DNA from: Candidatus Woesearchaeota archaeon
GTDB lineage: Archaea; Nanobdellota; Nanobdellia; Woesearchaeales; UBA583
Reading direction: 5' to 3'
NCBI GenBank assembly: GCA_965205335.1
Contig: OZ242164.1
Span: forward strand, 960,001-1,024,000
DNA: 64,000 nucleotides
Of this stretch, positions 52,845-63,150 are shown in pieces (positions within the stretch are counted from its first letter, which is position 1; every line of letters starts with the position of its first letter). A program made the translations under genes and the position numbers. The notes under the pieces were generated by a model. The model searched no databases. It saw nothing but the letters and a program-made list of their open reading frames with translations, and was not told where the DNA came from.

Positions 52845-53594
52845 ATGGATGTTAGATACGATCAGCATTTTTTGATTGATGAGAATGTTCTGAACTTAAT
52901 TATTGAATGTTCCGATATAAAAAGTGATGATGTTGTATTTGAGATAGGTTGCGGGAACGGAGTATTGAGTAGAGAAATTCTTTCTAAGAAACCTAAGAAA
53001 CTTATTTGTGTTGAGTGTGATAGGAATCTTAATCCTAATATTAATGATGATAATTTTGAACTTATTTATGGAGATGGCTTAGATGAGATTGATAAACATG
53101 ATTTTAATAAACTCGTTGCAAATATCCCATATTCAATTACAGAACCTTTGTATAGGAAAATTCTGGATACGAAAATTGCTTTTGTTGTTATGCTGTGTGG
53201 TTTTGATTTCTATAAGAATTTAAGTTCTCGAAATACTAAATGGAAATATTTTGTGAATGCTTTTTATGATGTTAAATTAGTAACAGAGGTTTTGGGGGAT
53301 AAGTTCAGTCCTCCAACTAAGGTTAAGTCTGCTGTTGTTAAATTAGAACTAAAAGAGGATGTAAGTAAAGAGGAATATTTTTTTCAAAAACTCTGGGAGA
53401 GAAGAGATAGGAATACATACAACGCTGTAGTTTTTGCTCTTGTTGATTTGTTTAATATGTCTAAATCTGATGCAAAGGAATTAGTTAATAAGTTTAATCT
53501 AAGTGATGAAGTGTCAAAGAAGATTTTAGATAGTTTGTCAAATGAAGAGTTTACTCAATTAGTTAAATGTGTCTTTAAGTTTGTGAGATTTTAG
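52845..53594 (+). CDS. rsmA: 16S rRNA adenine dimethyltransferase KsgA/RsmA
   Basis: QHFL, EIGCGNG, ANIPYSI, FSPPTKVKS. Confidence 0.92.
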   Translation: MDVRYDQHFLIDENVLNLIIECSDIKSDDVVFEIGCGNGVLSREILSKKPKKLICVECDRNLNPNINDDNFELIYGDGLDEIDKHDFNKLVANIPYSITEPLYRKILDTKIAFVVMLCGFDFYKNLSSRNTKWKYFVNAFYDVKLVTEVLGDKFSPPTKVKSAVVKLELKEDVSKEEYFFQKLWERRDRNTYNAVVFALVDLFNMSKSDAKELVNKFNLSDEVSKKILDSLSNEEFTQLVKCVFKFVRF

Positions 53595-53647
53595 TATTCA
53601 ATCAGATAAATAATAAATATAATTTAGAATAAAATGTGAGAAGAGAT

Positions 53648-54001
53648 TTACAAGTCTCTTGCTCCAATTGTTTTTCTTCCATTTGCTTTTGCTCTCTCAC
53701 ATGCCTGCATAATATTCCAGTGTAGAACATCGTTTAAAGCATCAGCAAAATCTCCTGCTACATTGTGTTTTACAACATCTTTAACTTTGGATTTAACAAC
53801 AAGCATTGTTTTAGCCGTTGAATCACCAATGTAAAGATCCTTTCCTTGAACTGTTTTTCTCCCATTAGCATCTGCTCTTTTTACAGATGCTTTAACTAAA
53901 CTAACTGCAAGTTTATTTAAAGCATCAGCAAAATCTCCTGCTACATTGCAGTCTCCCGAAACCTCTTTAATCTTAGATTTAACAACAATCATTTCTGCCA
54001 T
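53648..54001 (-). CDS. Tandem (doublet) short histone-fold protein, DUF1931/face-to-face-like
   Basis: Two repeats of VVKSK.K...NVAGDFADALN...RA.ANGRKT....DL. Confidence 0.82.
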   Translation of the reverse strand: MAEMIVVKSKIKEVSGDCNVAGDFADALNKLAVSLVKASVKRADANGRKTVQGKDLYIGDSTAKTMLVVKSKVKDVVKHNVAGDFADALNDVLHWNIMQACERAKANGRKTIGARDL

Positions 54002-54314
54002 TTTTTAATAGTATAAAGGCTTAATCAACCTTTGTAAGTAAGTTAGAAAAAAGATACTTTATAAACATTTCGCCAAAAAACTCTTAAAATCAACTTTATA
54101 ACCCCATATTTTGATACTACATTGTAGTATGAACAAATAAATCATAATAATACAGAGTCTGTTAGATATTAGAAAATTCTTCTTGAAGCAAAAGTCTTGT
54201 AGTAAATAAAAATCAAATGGTAAAATTTACAGAGATTTACCGTTATTGATAATAAGATTTCTACAAAGTTTAAAAAGTAAAGAAATGTTTAACATAAATA
54301 AATTATTTTAAAAG

Positions 54315-56867
54315 TCAAGTAATACTGCTTATGTGATTTATTTTCTCTATGCGTAAAATCTTATCAGAAATTGATTCTATTTTTTCATCGTGAGACACTA
54401 AGATAATTTGCTTTATATTTGATTGTTTTAATATGCTACCTAATCTATCAACCTGTTCGTTTGAAAATCCGTCCGTTGGTTCATCAAGTATTAATATATT
54501 TAATTTCTGTGTATTTTCTAAATTATTTTCAACGATTTTTTTAAGAGATAATCTATATGCAACTGCAAGTGATGATTTTTCCCCACCAGATAAATTCTTT
54601 ATATCTATATCGTATCCATTTTGTTCAACTATAACCTCAAAGAATTCATTGAGTCTGATATCTATTTCGTTATCCTCAATTAATTCTTTAAACAGATATT
54701 CAAATTCTTCATTAAATTCAGAATAATATTTTGTAAAAACTGCTCTCTCAATTAAATTTATAATTTTCATTACTTTTTCTGAAAGGAATTTTTCAATGCT
54801 AATGATTTGTTTTAATTTATTTTCTAATTTTTCATGCTCTAATGCTTTTTTCTTTGCTTCTTTCAAATTCTTTTCTTTTGATGAAATTTCTGCTTCGTAT
54901 AATGATTTCTTTGATATAATTGATTTCTCTTTATCGAGTAATTCTTCTAAGTGATTTGTAAATTTTAATTTGCTATTTTTTGCTTGTAATTCTCTTGAAG
55001 AGATTTTATTTTTTACTTCTGATAATCTCTTCTGAGAACTTAATTTTTCCTTGTAGTTTTTTATGTTTGCTTCAAGTTCTTTTATATGCTCTTTAAGTTT
55101 TTTAATTTCTTTCTCTTGATTATTTAAATTCTCTGATTTTAGTTTAATATCTGATAGTTCTTTTCTTAATTTTCTATCTTTCTCATTTAGTTTTTCAAAT
55201 TTTAATTCATCATCTTTTATATTTTTGATGTTGGTTTCTACTTCTTTTAATTTTTTATCTATGTTTAACTTCTCAAATTCTTCAATTTGATTTCTTAGTT
55301 GTCTTAATTCATCATATTTATGTCTTTCTTTTTTTTCTAATTGTGTTAAATGTTTGTATTTTTCTTCTTCTTTAATTAAATCATCTTCTAATTTGTCTAA
55401 TTCATTTAATTTATTTGAATTTTCTTTCAAATCTTTGCTTGTTTTCTCTAAGGTCTCTTTTAATTTTTTAATTTTAATTTCTATATTCAAAATCTCTTCT
55501 TCAAATTCCTCCCCAATATTTCTCTTATGTTCTTTGCAAATTTTCTGAATACATACTGGGCATATTTCAAGTTTTGAAATTTGTTTTATTTTATCTCTTT
55601 TATCTTTTAACTGGTTTTGCATATTTTCTATTTCAAGTTGTAGTTTTAATTTTTCATTTTTATTGTTCTCAACTTTATCTTTAATTCCAATTAGATTTTT
55701 TAATTTTTTTAATAATTTCCCTATTAAGACTTTGCTATCATTTAGTTTACATTTTGTTAGCATATAATCAAATGATTTGGATTCATTTTTTAGAGATTCT
55801 TTTTTATAGTTTAAATCTATTAATTTTCTCTCTAATTCATTTTTTTCACAAATGAACTTTTCGTTCTCGGTTTTATTTTTTTGTAATAGTTCTAATGACT
55901 TTGATATGTCTTTTAATTCCCTTTCTATTTCTAATTCTCTTTTTTTTAATTTAGTTTTTGTCTTCTCTATTTCTTTTTGAGAGTAGGAATCAATTTCTTT
56001 TTTAATTTTGTCTGATTTTTTAATATCATTTTCCATTTGATTTTTAGTCTCATTTAATTGGGATAATTTTTTTTCTACTATAATTTTTTTTGCATTTAAT
56101 TTTTCTAAAAATTCGTCTCTTTTAGAGATTGCTTTCTGGCATTTTGAGATTTTCTCTTTTAATATTTTTTCGTTAGATTTTATGTGTTCTAATTTCTGTG
56201 ATAATTCTTTTATTTCTTTGCTATTATCTTTTATCTCATTTTTAATTTGATTTTTATCTTCAAGTTTTGATTCAATTATCTTTTTATGTGTTCTTGACTC
56301 AGATACATAAATTTGTATTGCATCATTTAGATTTTTATATTTGTCAATTCCAAAGATCTTTCTTATTACTTCTAATTTTTTTTCTCCTAAAGAAAACAGG
56401 ATTTCTTTTAATTGTTCCTGAGGAGCATATGTTGTAAATCTATATATCAGATTTTTATCTTTTGTTATGAATTCTTTTGGAAAATTCAATATCTCAAATA
56501 TCCTAGAATTTAATTCCTGAGGAGATAATTCTAATAGGTTATTCTTCGTTTTTATGTACCCATTTTCCTGAGTTATAGAACCTGATGTTTTTGATTTTTT
56601 TAGTCCTCTGTATATTTCGACAGTATTATTTGTTTTATTATCAATTAGAGTTAATTTGACAGATGCTCTTTTTTCTCCCTTTCTTAAAATATGATAGCCT
56701 TCTAAGTCCCCTCTTTTAAATCCAAAAAGTGCAAATTCTATTCCAAGAAGTATTGTTGATTTTCCAGAACCAACGTCCCCAAATAAAGAATTTATGGAAT
56801 CGTTAAACTCAATTAATTCTTTTTTATAACTTCTGATGTTTTCAAGTTCAAGCGATTTAATTATCAT
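54315..56867 (-). CDS. Rad50/SbcC-like SMC ATPase
   Basis: GDVGSGKS, coiled coils, CPVC zinc hook, LSGGEK, LILDEP, H-loop. Confidence 0.88.
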   Translation of the reverse strand: MIIKSLELENIRSYKKELIEFNDSINSLFGDVGSGKSTILLGIEFALFGFKRGDLEGYHILRKGEKRASVKLTLIDNKTNNTVEIYRGLKKSKTSGSITQENGYIKTKNNLLELSPQELNSRIFEILNFPKEFITKDKNLIYRFTTYAPQEQLKEILFSLGEKKLEVIRKIFGIDKYKNLNDAIQIYVSESRTHKKIIESKLEDKNQIKNEIKDNSKEIKELSQKLEHIKSNEKILKEKISKCQKAISKRDEFLEKLNAKKIIVEKKLSQLNETKNQMENDIKKSDKIKKEIDSYSQKEIEKTKTKLKKRELEIERELKDISKSLELLQKNKTENEKFICEKNELERKLIDLNYKKESLKNESKSFDYMLTKCKLNDSKVLIGKLLKKLKNLIGIKDKVENNKNEKLKLQLEIENMQNQLKDKRDKIKQISKLEICPVCIQKICKEHKRNIGEEFEEEILNIEIKIKKLKETLEKTSKDLKENSNKLNELDKLEDDLIKEEEKYKHLTQLEKKERHKYDELRQLRNQIEEFEKLNIDKKLKEVETNIKNIKDDELKFEKLNEKDRKLRKELSDIKLKSENLNNQEKEIKKLKEHIKELEANIKNYKEKLSSQKRLSEVKNKISSRELQAKNSKLKFTNHLEELLDKEKSIISKKSLYEAEISSKEKNLKEAKKKALEHEKLENKLKQIISIEKFLSEKVMKIINLIERAVFTKYYSEFNEEFEYLFKELIEDNEIDIRLNEFFEVIVEQNGYDIDIKNLSGGEKSSLAVAYRLSLKKIVENNLENTQKLNILILDEPTDGFSNEQVDRLGSILKQSNIKQIILVSHDEKIESISDKILRIEKINHISSIT

Positions 56868-56909
56868 ATATTATATATGAAAAAGTGAGTGTTTAATAAA
56901 TGTTTTGTA

Positions 56910-57959
56910 TTATAAACATAATCCTATCTGTTCTGGCCTAATATCATATAATGCAAAAAGTCTTTCAGACATCTGCATTAAAGTTTCAAATCCTCTAACA
57001 TTACTCTCATTATTGTTTTTTCTCAAAATATCTTCAATGTTCTTCCTTGAGTCAAGTTTATATTTATCATGTGCTGTTAATTTACATGAACCTAACTGAG
57101 ATTCCAATAATTTTCTAAGAGTCTTTATTCTAATTTCTACAGCATTTTAAGGATTTCCTTCCCTCAATACTGCTCTAATTGTAGCATTATCTTTTTTACC
57201 ATAAGAACCCTGACTTTTATAGGGAATAATCAGATTGGGAGGAAACCTTTCTTCATCATAAAATCAATCTTTAATTTCTTTAAGATCTTTTTGTATGTGT
57301 GTTACAATTGCAACTCCTGAATTATCAAGAAGAAGTGTGCCCAGAAATAACTTATCTAATAAAACTCCATTAAATCTGTTCTTATCTCTGAATTTATCAT
57401 TGGCAAATACACTCGGCTTATATTTTCTTTTATTTTTTCTATCTGGACATATAGTTTCGAAAATATCTTTTCCTTCTTCCAAAACTTTGCTAAACCACTC
57501 TTCATAAAGTCCATAGACCTCCTCTGCCTTTACTCTTTTTTCTCCTTTTATAGTAAGTTTATCCAAATCCTCCTGCGTTGGATTATATATTATACCAAAA
57601 TTTCCCAAAACTTTCATAGCAATACTTAGTGAGTACTTTACTCTAAAAAAAATTGAATGAATTCCATAATCTTTCAGAAAATCACCTAATAAGTGTGCAA
57701 CTCTAACTTTATTAGGACCATATCCATTAAGATCTAAATAACCTGAACTTATGGCCTCATATTTCTTTCGTGTGAGATCACATAAACTTAATTTTTCTTC
57801 AATATCAGGTGTTACAGAATCCACCATACCACTCACAACTTGCGCATCATCTCTCATGAAATTCATCCTCCACATTCCTTCTTGCCTCTCTTGTGTATAT
57901 TCTTCTTCATCGAAGAACCTAGGACTTGTTAAGTAACGTAAAGCTTGAGCATCTCTCAT
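56910..57959 (-). pseudogene. RelA/SpoT-like nucleotidyltransferase pseudogene
   Basis: Single frame with two stops (57264-57266, 57147-57149); RVKYSLSIAMK, DNSGVAIV, VEIRIKT, AHDKYK. Confidence 0.6.
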
Positions 57960-58304
57960 TGAAATACTTAAACACTTCTATCTGAAAATAGTCTGGAATG
58001 TGTCTCTATGGCACATTCCAAATCTCCTTTTCTTAAATCACTTAAAATATACTGAATAAATTCAAGAGGTTTACCAGATAACGGAACTCCGAATACAGGA
58101 TTTACTGAAAGTGAAAGAAGACGAGAGTTTCCCATCTTACTAAAAGAATATCCTCCTGACATTTCCTCAATTCTTCTAATTGTTCCTTCAACTTCTGGGT
58201 TCTCTCTTAACTCTAAATAGTGCGAATTCTCCTTCCATTAATAATTAATCTTCTAACTTTTATAAACTTTCTCAATTGGTTATTACTTATTAGTAATAAT
58301 TAAA

Positions 58305-58769
58305 TTATGATTCATTATGTATATGTACTTTATTTTTTTTGTTTTCAAGCACTAAGGAAAATCTTCTATTATTTGGCTTAGCACAAAAACACCCTTCAAA
58401 CTTCCCAATTTTACCTGAACTTAAAATCCCTTTTTCATCTAATACTGCAATATTATCACCACTATCATATATTCCTTCTAAGTCACTAGAGACAGGAAGA
58501 GAATTTGTGCATGTACTATTTCCTATGAAACAAATATTACTTACCTGATTTGAGACTTTGTAATCAAGAACTTTCTGAGAACCATATGTTCTATAAACCG
58601 ATTCATAATCATCCTCTATTGTATCATAGAATTTTTGTTCTGCAATTGTCTCTGCATCACCTGTAAATGATACAACAAATTTAACAACTACAAATCCAAT
58701 AAATGCTATTACGAAAGCTGATAATATATACACAAATACCTGATTTATCTGTCCCTTTTTGCTATGCAT
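58305..58769 (-). CDS. Class III signal peptide (pilin-like) protein
   Basis: KKG|QINQVFVYILSAFVIAFIG. Confidence 0.72.
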   Translation of the reverse strand: MHSKKGQINQVFVYILSAFVIAFIGFVVVKFVVSFTGDAETIAEQKFYDTIEDDYESVYRTYGSQKVLDYKVSNQVSNICFIGNSTCTNSLPVSSDLEGIYDSGDNIAVLDEKGILSSGKIGKFEGCFCAKPNNRRFSLVLENKKNKVHIHNES

Positions 58770-58800
58770 ATTTTAGTTTTAAATTATTAGTATATAAAAT

Positions 58801-59823
58801 TTACTTGTTATTTTTCAGAATTAATATATGGCGTGTCATACTTTTATTGATATATTGATTTATTTCTTTAATTTCATCAAAGTATTTTAATGCCAGATTT
58901 TTAAATTCAACAAAATCTGCATATATTATCACTAATCTTTTGTTAGGTTTTAAGTATTGTTTTGCTGATTTTAAGAATTCTTCGTATAAATTTTCACCAA
59001 TTTTTCTGCATGATCTTCCGTAAGGTATATCACATACTATTCCATCAACAGAGTTTGTTTTTAGAAATTGAGTTTTTGAGTTTGCAAGAATTCTTGTGTA
59101 TTTTGCATCAGGATAAAAATAATCAAAATTTTGTTTGAAATATTTTAAATTATTCCATGATATATCATTTCCGATTATTTCAAAACCCATTTCATACGCT
59201 TCAAGAAGTATTCCACCAAGTCCGCAAAAGGGATCTAAAATTTTTCCGTCTTTTATCCCAAGCAGATTAACTGATGCTCTTGCTATATCTGATTTTAAAG
59301 TGTATGGCATTACCACTGGTCTTAGTTTTGGCATTCTTCTAAGGTAATTTTTATCATTTTCATATATTTTCTTGGTTAGTATGAAATCATTCTCATTTTT
59401 AAAGAAAAAGTTATATTCATAATCTGGGTGATGTATTTTAACTTTGGGGTTTTTTATACTATCAAAAATTGGTTTTGCAAGTTCTTTATCGGGAAGTTTT
59501 ATATTGAAATCTTTTTTTAATCTTTGAGTTTTAATTGCAAATGTTTTGTTGTCTGCTTCGCTGAAATCCATGTTTTCAATTTCATTGTTTAATTTTTTGA
59601 AATTTCCTGTAAATAATTTTATGCATATTTTGTTTGTAAGAGTTAGTCTTGATGTAAGTTTGTGATTTGACTCTATCTGGTTTTTAGATTCAAAAGTATG
59701 AAATGTGTTGTGGATTTGGGTTAATTTTATTTCTTCTTTAAAATATGTCACCCAAAGTGTTTCAAATTCATATTTTGCAAGTTCTTTGTTTGTTCCTTTT
59801 AGAACAAGAATATATTCATACAT
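58801..59823 (-). CDS. THUMP-domain tRNA methyltransferase (Trm11/TrmG10-like)
   Basis: LDPFCGLGG, CDIPYG. Confidence 0.82.
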   Translation of the reverse strand: MYEYILVLKGTNKELAKYEFETLWVTYFKEEIKLTQIHNTFHTFESKNQIESNHKLTSRLTLTNKICIKLFTGNFKKLNNEIENMDFSEADNKTFAIKTQRLKKDFNIKLPDKELAKPIFDSIKNPKVKIHHPDYEYNFFFKNENDFILTKKIYENDKNYLRRMPKLRPVVMPYTLKSDIARASVNLLGIKDGKILDPFCGLGGILLEAYEMGFEIIGNDISWNNLKYFKQNFDYFYPDAKYTRILANSKTQFLKTNSVDGIVCDIPYGRSCRKIGENLYEEFLKSAKQYLKPNKRLVIIYADFVEFKNLALKYFDEIKEINQYINKSMTRHILILKNNK

Positions 59824-59998
59824 AATTATAGAAGTTAAATTTTGTTTATAAAAATTGTTGAAATTCTATTACGGTGTATAACTCCATAAGTCTCCAATCT
59901 TTCGGAGATGTCACCCTCTTTTAAGGGAGTGGGTCTAAGAGTTGGGGTTAATATGTAGTAATACGAAGTTTTACATACTACAATATATTATTAATATT

Positions 59999-60427
59999 AT
60001 GACAAAACAAAAGAACTATGATTTTGATAAAAATCAACATGCTGTTTATTCTCTCTCTTATCACTTAGTGGTTTGTGTGAAATATCGTAAAAAGGTTCTT
60101 ATTGACAAATTAATTATTAATGATTTGAAAGAACAAATTTACAAAATAAGCGAGTTGTATGATGTAAGAATTAATGAGATGGAAACAGATGAAGACCACA
60201 TCCATATTTTATTTAGTGCTAAACCTCAAACTGATTTGATTAAATACATTCAATATATTAAAGGCTCAACTTCAAGAAAATTAAGAGAACTCCACAAAGA
60301 AAAATTACATAAAGATTTATGGGGTGACAATTTCTGGAGCAGGTCTTATTGTTTGATTACAACTGGACAAGTTACATTAGAAGCAGTAAAAAAATATATT
60401 CAAAATCAGGGGTTTAGTAAGAAATGA
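59999..60427 (+). CDS. tnpA: IS200-type HUH transposase TnpA
   Basis: YHLV..VKYR, DHIH (HUH), FWSRSY, YIQNQ. Confidence 0.95.
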   Translation: MTKQKNYDFDKNQHAVYSLSYHLVVCVKYRKKVLIDKLIINDLKEQIYKISELYDVRINEMETDEDHIHILFSAKPQTDLIKYIQYIKGSTSRKLRELHKEKLHKDLWGDNFWSRSYCLITTGQVTLEAVKKYIQNQGFSKK

Positions 60428-61605
60428 CAACAACATACAAAGTAAGGTGCTTTCCTTCAAATGAGATAGTACAAACAATATTTGAAAACTTTGAAGTATT
60501 AAGGAATTTTCATAATTGGAATGTATCAACCATTCTTACTGCAAGAAAGAATAATCAGTTTTTATCTTGGTTAGATACACAAGCAATGCTCCCTAAACTC
60601 AAAGAACAAGACCCCGCATACAAGAAAGTTTATGCAAAAGTTTTACAATTACAAAACAGAGAACTTCACGCAAACATTAAAGCAAGAGATGTTAAACGTA
60701 AGCGTGGGGATAAAAAAGTTAAAATGCCACGTTTCAAGAATGAGGAGGGAAGTTTTAAGAGGATAGGTTACAATCAATTTGGGTATAGTGTAGATAACAA
60801 TATTTGTAAATTATCTAAAATTGGAGAGATACCATTTAAGAAGTCAAGAGACATCAAAGGAAATATTAGACAAATCATACTTAAAAAAAAGAGAACTAAA
60901 TATTATTTGTATTTTGTAACTGATTATGTAAGAACTTGGAAAACAACTGGGAAAAGTGTTGGTATAGATTGGGGAGTTACAAAATTTCTCACGTTATCTA
61001 ATGATATTGCTTTTGCTTCTTATTATCCTCAATTAATGTATGACAATCTCAAAAAGAAAATATACAAAGCAATTAGCAGAACACAGAAAAATAGCAACAA
61101 CAGAAACAAACTTAAATTAAGACTTTCTAAAATCAATGAAACAATACACAATAAGAGAATGGATTGGACATACAAAATAAAATTATATCTGTTAGATACA
61201 TTTGATAATATATCTTTTGAAGATGTCAGAATACAAGATTTATGTAAAATCAAATCTTGGAAAATATCAAAAGAAAAAATGATGTTAAGTTGTTTAGGTA
61301 TGCTTCGTAGCATGCTGTCTTGTGAGGTTGAAAGCACTAACAAGATAGCAAAAGAAGTAAGTAAAACAAATACAAGTCAGGAATGTTCTAAATGCGGACA
61401 TATTCCTAAAACTAAAAAAACATTAGCAGACAGAGAACACAACTGTATCAAGTGCGGTCTTGTATGTGACAGAGACCAAAACTCTTCACGTGTTGTTCTG
61501 TCTCGGGGTATGGGACAATCCTCATCATTTGCAGAGATAGAACCTCTACACGTTATTAGTCCATTGGATGTAATATCGGGCAAGTTTTATTGTAGAAGCA
61601 ATTAA
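60424..61605 (+). CDS. tnpB: RNA-guided endonuclease TnpB
   Basis: VGIDWG, FED, TSQECSKC...CIKC, DRDQN (RuvC D/E/D intact). Confidence 0.93.
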   Translation: MTTTYKVRCFPSNEIVQTIFENFEVLRNFHNWNVSTILTARKNNQFLSWLDTQAMLPKLKEQDPAYKKVYAKVLQLQNRELHANIKARDVKRKRGDKKVKMPRFKNEEGSFKRIGYNQFGYSVDNNICKLSKIGEIPFKKSRDIKGNIRQIILKKKRTKYYLYFVTDYVRTWKTTGKSVGIDWGVTKFLTLSNDIAFASYYPQLMYDNLKKKIYKAISRTQKNSNNRNKLKLRLSKINETIHNKRMDWTYKIKLYLLDTFDNISFEDVRIQDLCKIKSWKISKEKMMLSCLGMLRSMLSCEVESTNKIAKEVSKTNTSQECSKCGHIPKTKKTLADREHNCIKCGLVCDRDQNSSRVVLSRGMGQSSSFAEIEPLHVISPLDVISGKFYCRSN

Positions 61606-61635
61606 ATAAATCTCCCTCATTTATGGGGGTGTGGT

Positions 61636-62490
61636 TCAAATACTATTAAGGATTATCTTAATAATTGCCTTTTGAATGAAAATTGTAATAATTGCAGAGG
61701 AGAATAAATATAATGTGAAAGGACTGTTATAGTTTCCTTTTATTTTTGATTTGATTTTAGGGGCTAAATCTGAAACTAAGTCAATAATGAATTTAATAAT
61801 GAAAACTGCTATAAATAAGATGACAAAATTAAAATATCCTCCAAGTAAAAAGAGAAGTATAAAGATTGAAATGTTTAATGTTAGTTTTACTTTGTTTGTT
61901 ATCTTCTCTAAGAGTTTGTTTATCACATTGCTTAAACTGATTATAAGGGCTAATACAGAAATGAATAACAGGAGATTAATATATGTATTAATATTTTCCT
62001 CAGAGATAAAGAATAGAGTGAGGAAAAATACTGCCTTGAAGATTAGAATAATGAGCAAAGTCATAAATATGAGTTTGTTGTAATTAATTGATTTGATTTT
62101 TTTCATTTTATCTTTTTTTGATGTATGAATTAATATTAGAATTAGTATCGAAATAAGATATATTATAAATAGGTTCAAGATAAATTCTAGAAATAAAGTT
62201 GAATCCTTAAAAGCAGTTAGAAGTAGAAATATACCAATAAGAATTTTTCCATCTGCTGCTCCCCAGATTTCTTTTTTGTATATGTAATATGATACTAATA
62301 GGGTTGCAAGTAATATTATTAAATCAATATAGGATAAATAGTTTATTCTTAGTGTAAATAGAATAAATGAAATTAGAATGAATGAGAAAGTTATTATGTT
62401 TGGTACTTTTCTTGTTTTAATGTCTGCTTTTATTGAGATAACTGCAAAGATTAATAGAATGAAGAGTATAAGAAAAAAGTTATATTCCAT
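61636..62490 (-). CDS. A24 prepilin/preflagellin peptidase
   Basis: ADIKTRKVPN and WGAADGK aspartate motifs; polytopic membrane protein. Confidence 0.85.
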   Translation of the reverse strand: MEYNFFLILFILLIFAVISIKADIKTRKVPNIITFSFILISFILFTLRINYLSYIDLIILLATLLVSYYIYKKEIWGAADGKILIGIFLLLTAFKDSTLFLEFILNLFIIYLISILILILIHTSKKDKMKKIKSINYNKLIFMTLLIILIFKAVFFLTLFFISEENINTYINLLLFISVLALIISLSNVINKLLEKITNKVKLTLNISIFILLFLLGGYFNFVILFIAVFIIKFIIDLVSDLAPKIKSKIKGNYNSPFTLYLFSSAIITIFIQKAIIKIILNSI

Positions 62491-62565
62491 AGAAGTTATT
62501 TTTGTTTAGGATATATAAATATTTGTTCTCATAAGATTATTAGAAAAGAGGATTTAGGATTAGAA

Positions 62566-62736
62566 TTATTTAAGTTCTAGAATTTCAGCTTTAATTGATA
62601 ATTTTCCACCTCTTGGAGTTCCAAGTATTTCATTACATTTGATGCATTTAATTTCACTTGATGCTCTGGCGAAAATTGTCTGTTCATTGCCACAGGAATG
62701 GCATTTAACTTTAATCCATGATTTTTTGTTTTCCAT
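62566..62736 (-). CDS. rps27e: 30S ribosomal protein S27e
   Basis: Manual translation WIKVKCHSCGNEQTIF...CIKC...PRGGK. Confidence 0.93.
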   Translation of the reverse strand: MENKKSWIKVKCHSCGNEQTIFARASSEIKCIKCNEILGTPRGGKLSIKAEILELK

Positions 62737-62744
62737 TTTTAATT

Positions 62745-63149
62745 TTATCTGTATGATTTTTGCCTCTTTGCTCTTGCATGAGAGTTGTTTGGTTTTTTCA
62801 TTTCTTTAAATCTTGTGTCAGAAACAAGCATGCTTCTGTCATATTCCAAAAATTTCTTTCTTATTTCTTCGCCTTTTGATTCAACTAATGCTCTTGCAAT
62901 TGCCTGTCTTATGGCATCTGCCTGCGAGTTAGAGCCTCCTCCAAATACATTAATTTTCAAATCATACTTTCCATCTTCTCCTGAGATAATTAATGGTTCT
63001 TTGATTTTCAACGCAAGTATTGAAGCACTAACATAATTGTCAAGATCTTGATTATTAATTCGTAAGATTCCACTTCCTTTCTTAAGTGTTGCTCTTGCAA
63101 TGCTTGTTTTTCTTCTTCCTGTTGTGTGAATAACGTTTGATTTTGCCAT
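62745..63149 (-). CDS. rps9: 30S ribosomal protein S9
   Basis: GRRKTSIARA, GGG..SQADA, QKSYR. Confidence 0.97.
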   Translation of the reverse strand: MAKSNVIHTTGRRKTSIARATLKKGSGILRINNQDLDNYVSASILALKIKEPLIISGEDGKYDLKINVFGGGSNSQADAIRQAIARALVESKGEEIRKKFLEYDRSMLVSDTRFKEMKKPNNSHARAKRQKSYR

Positions 63150-63150
63150 T

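Larger units (their letters stand above)
59873..61639 (+). mobile_element. IS200/IS605 element (tnpA + tnpB)
   Basis: Preceded by TTAC; subterminal hairpins at about 59891-59930 and 61611-61630; right end ...GGTTCAA. Confidence 0.85.

Noticed and set aside
27488-57266. Stop-codon recoding as an explanation for in-frame stops
   Set aside because: The interruptions are a mix of TAA and TGA, conserved genes end normally at TAA, TAG and TGA, and core genes have no internal stops.
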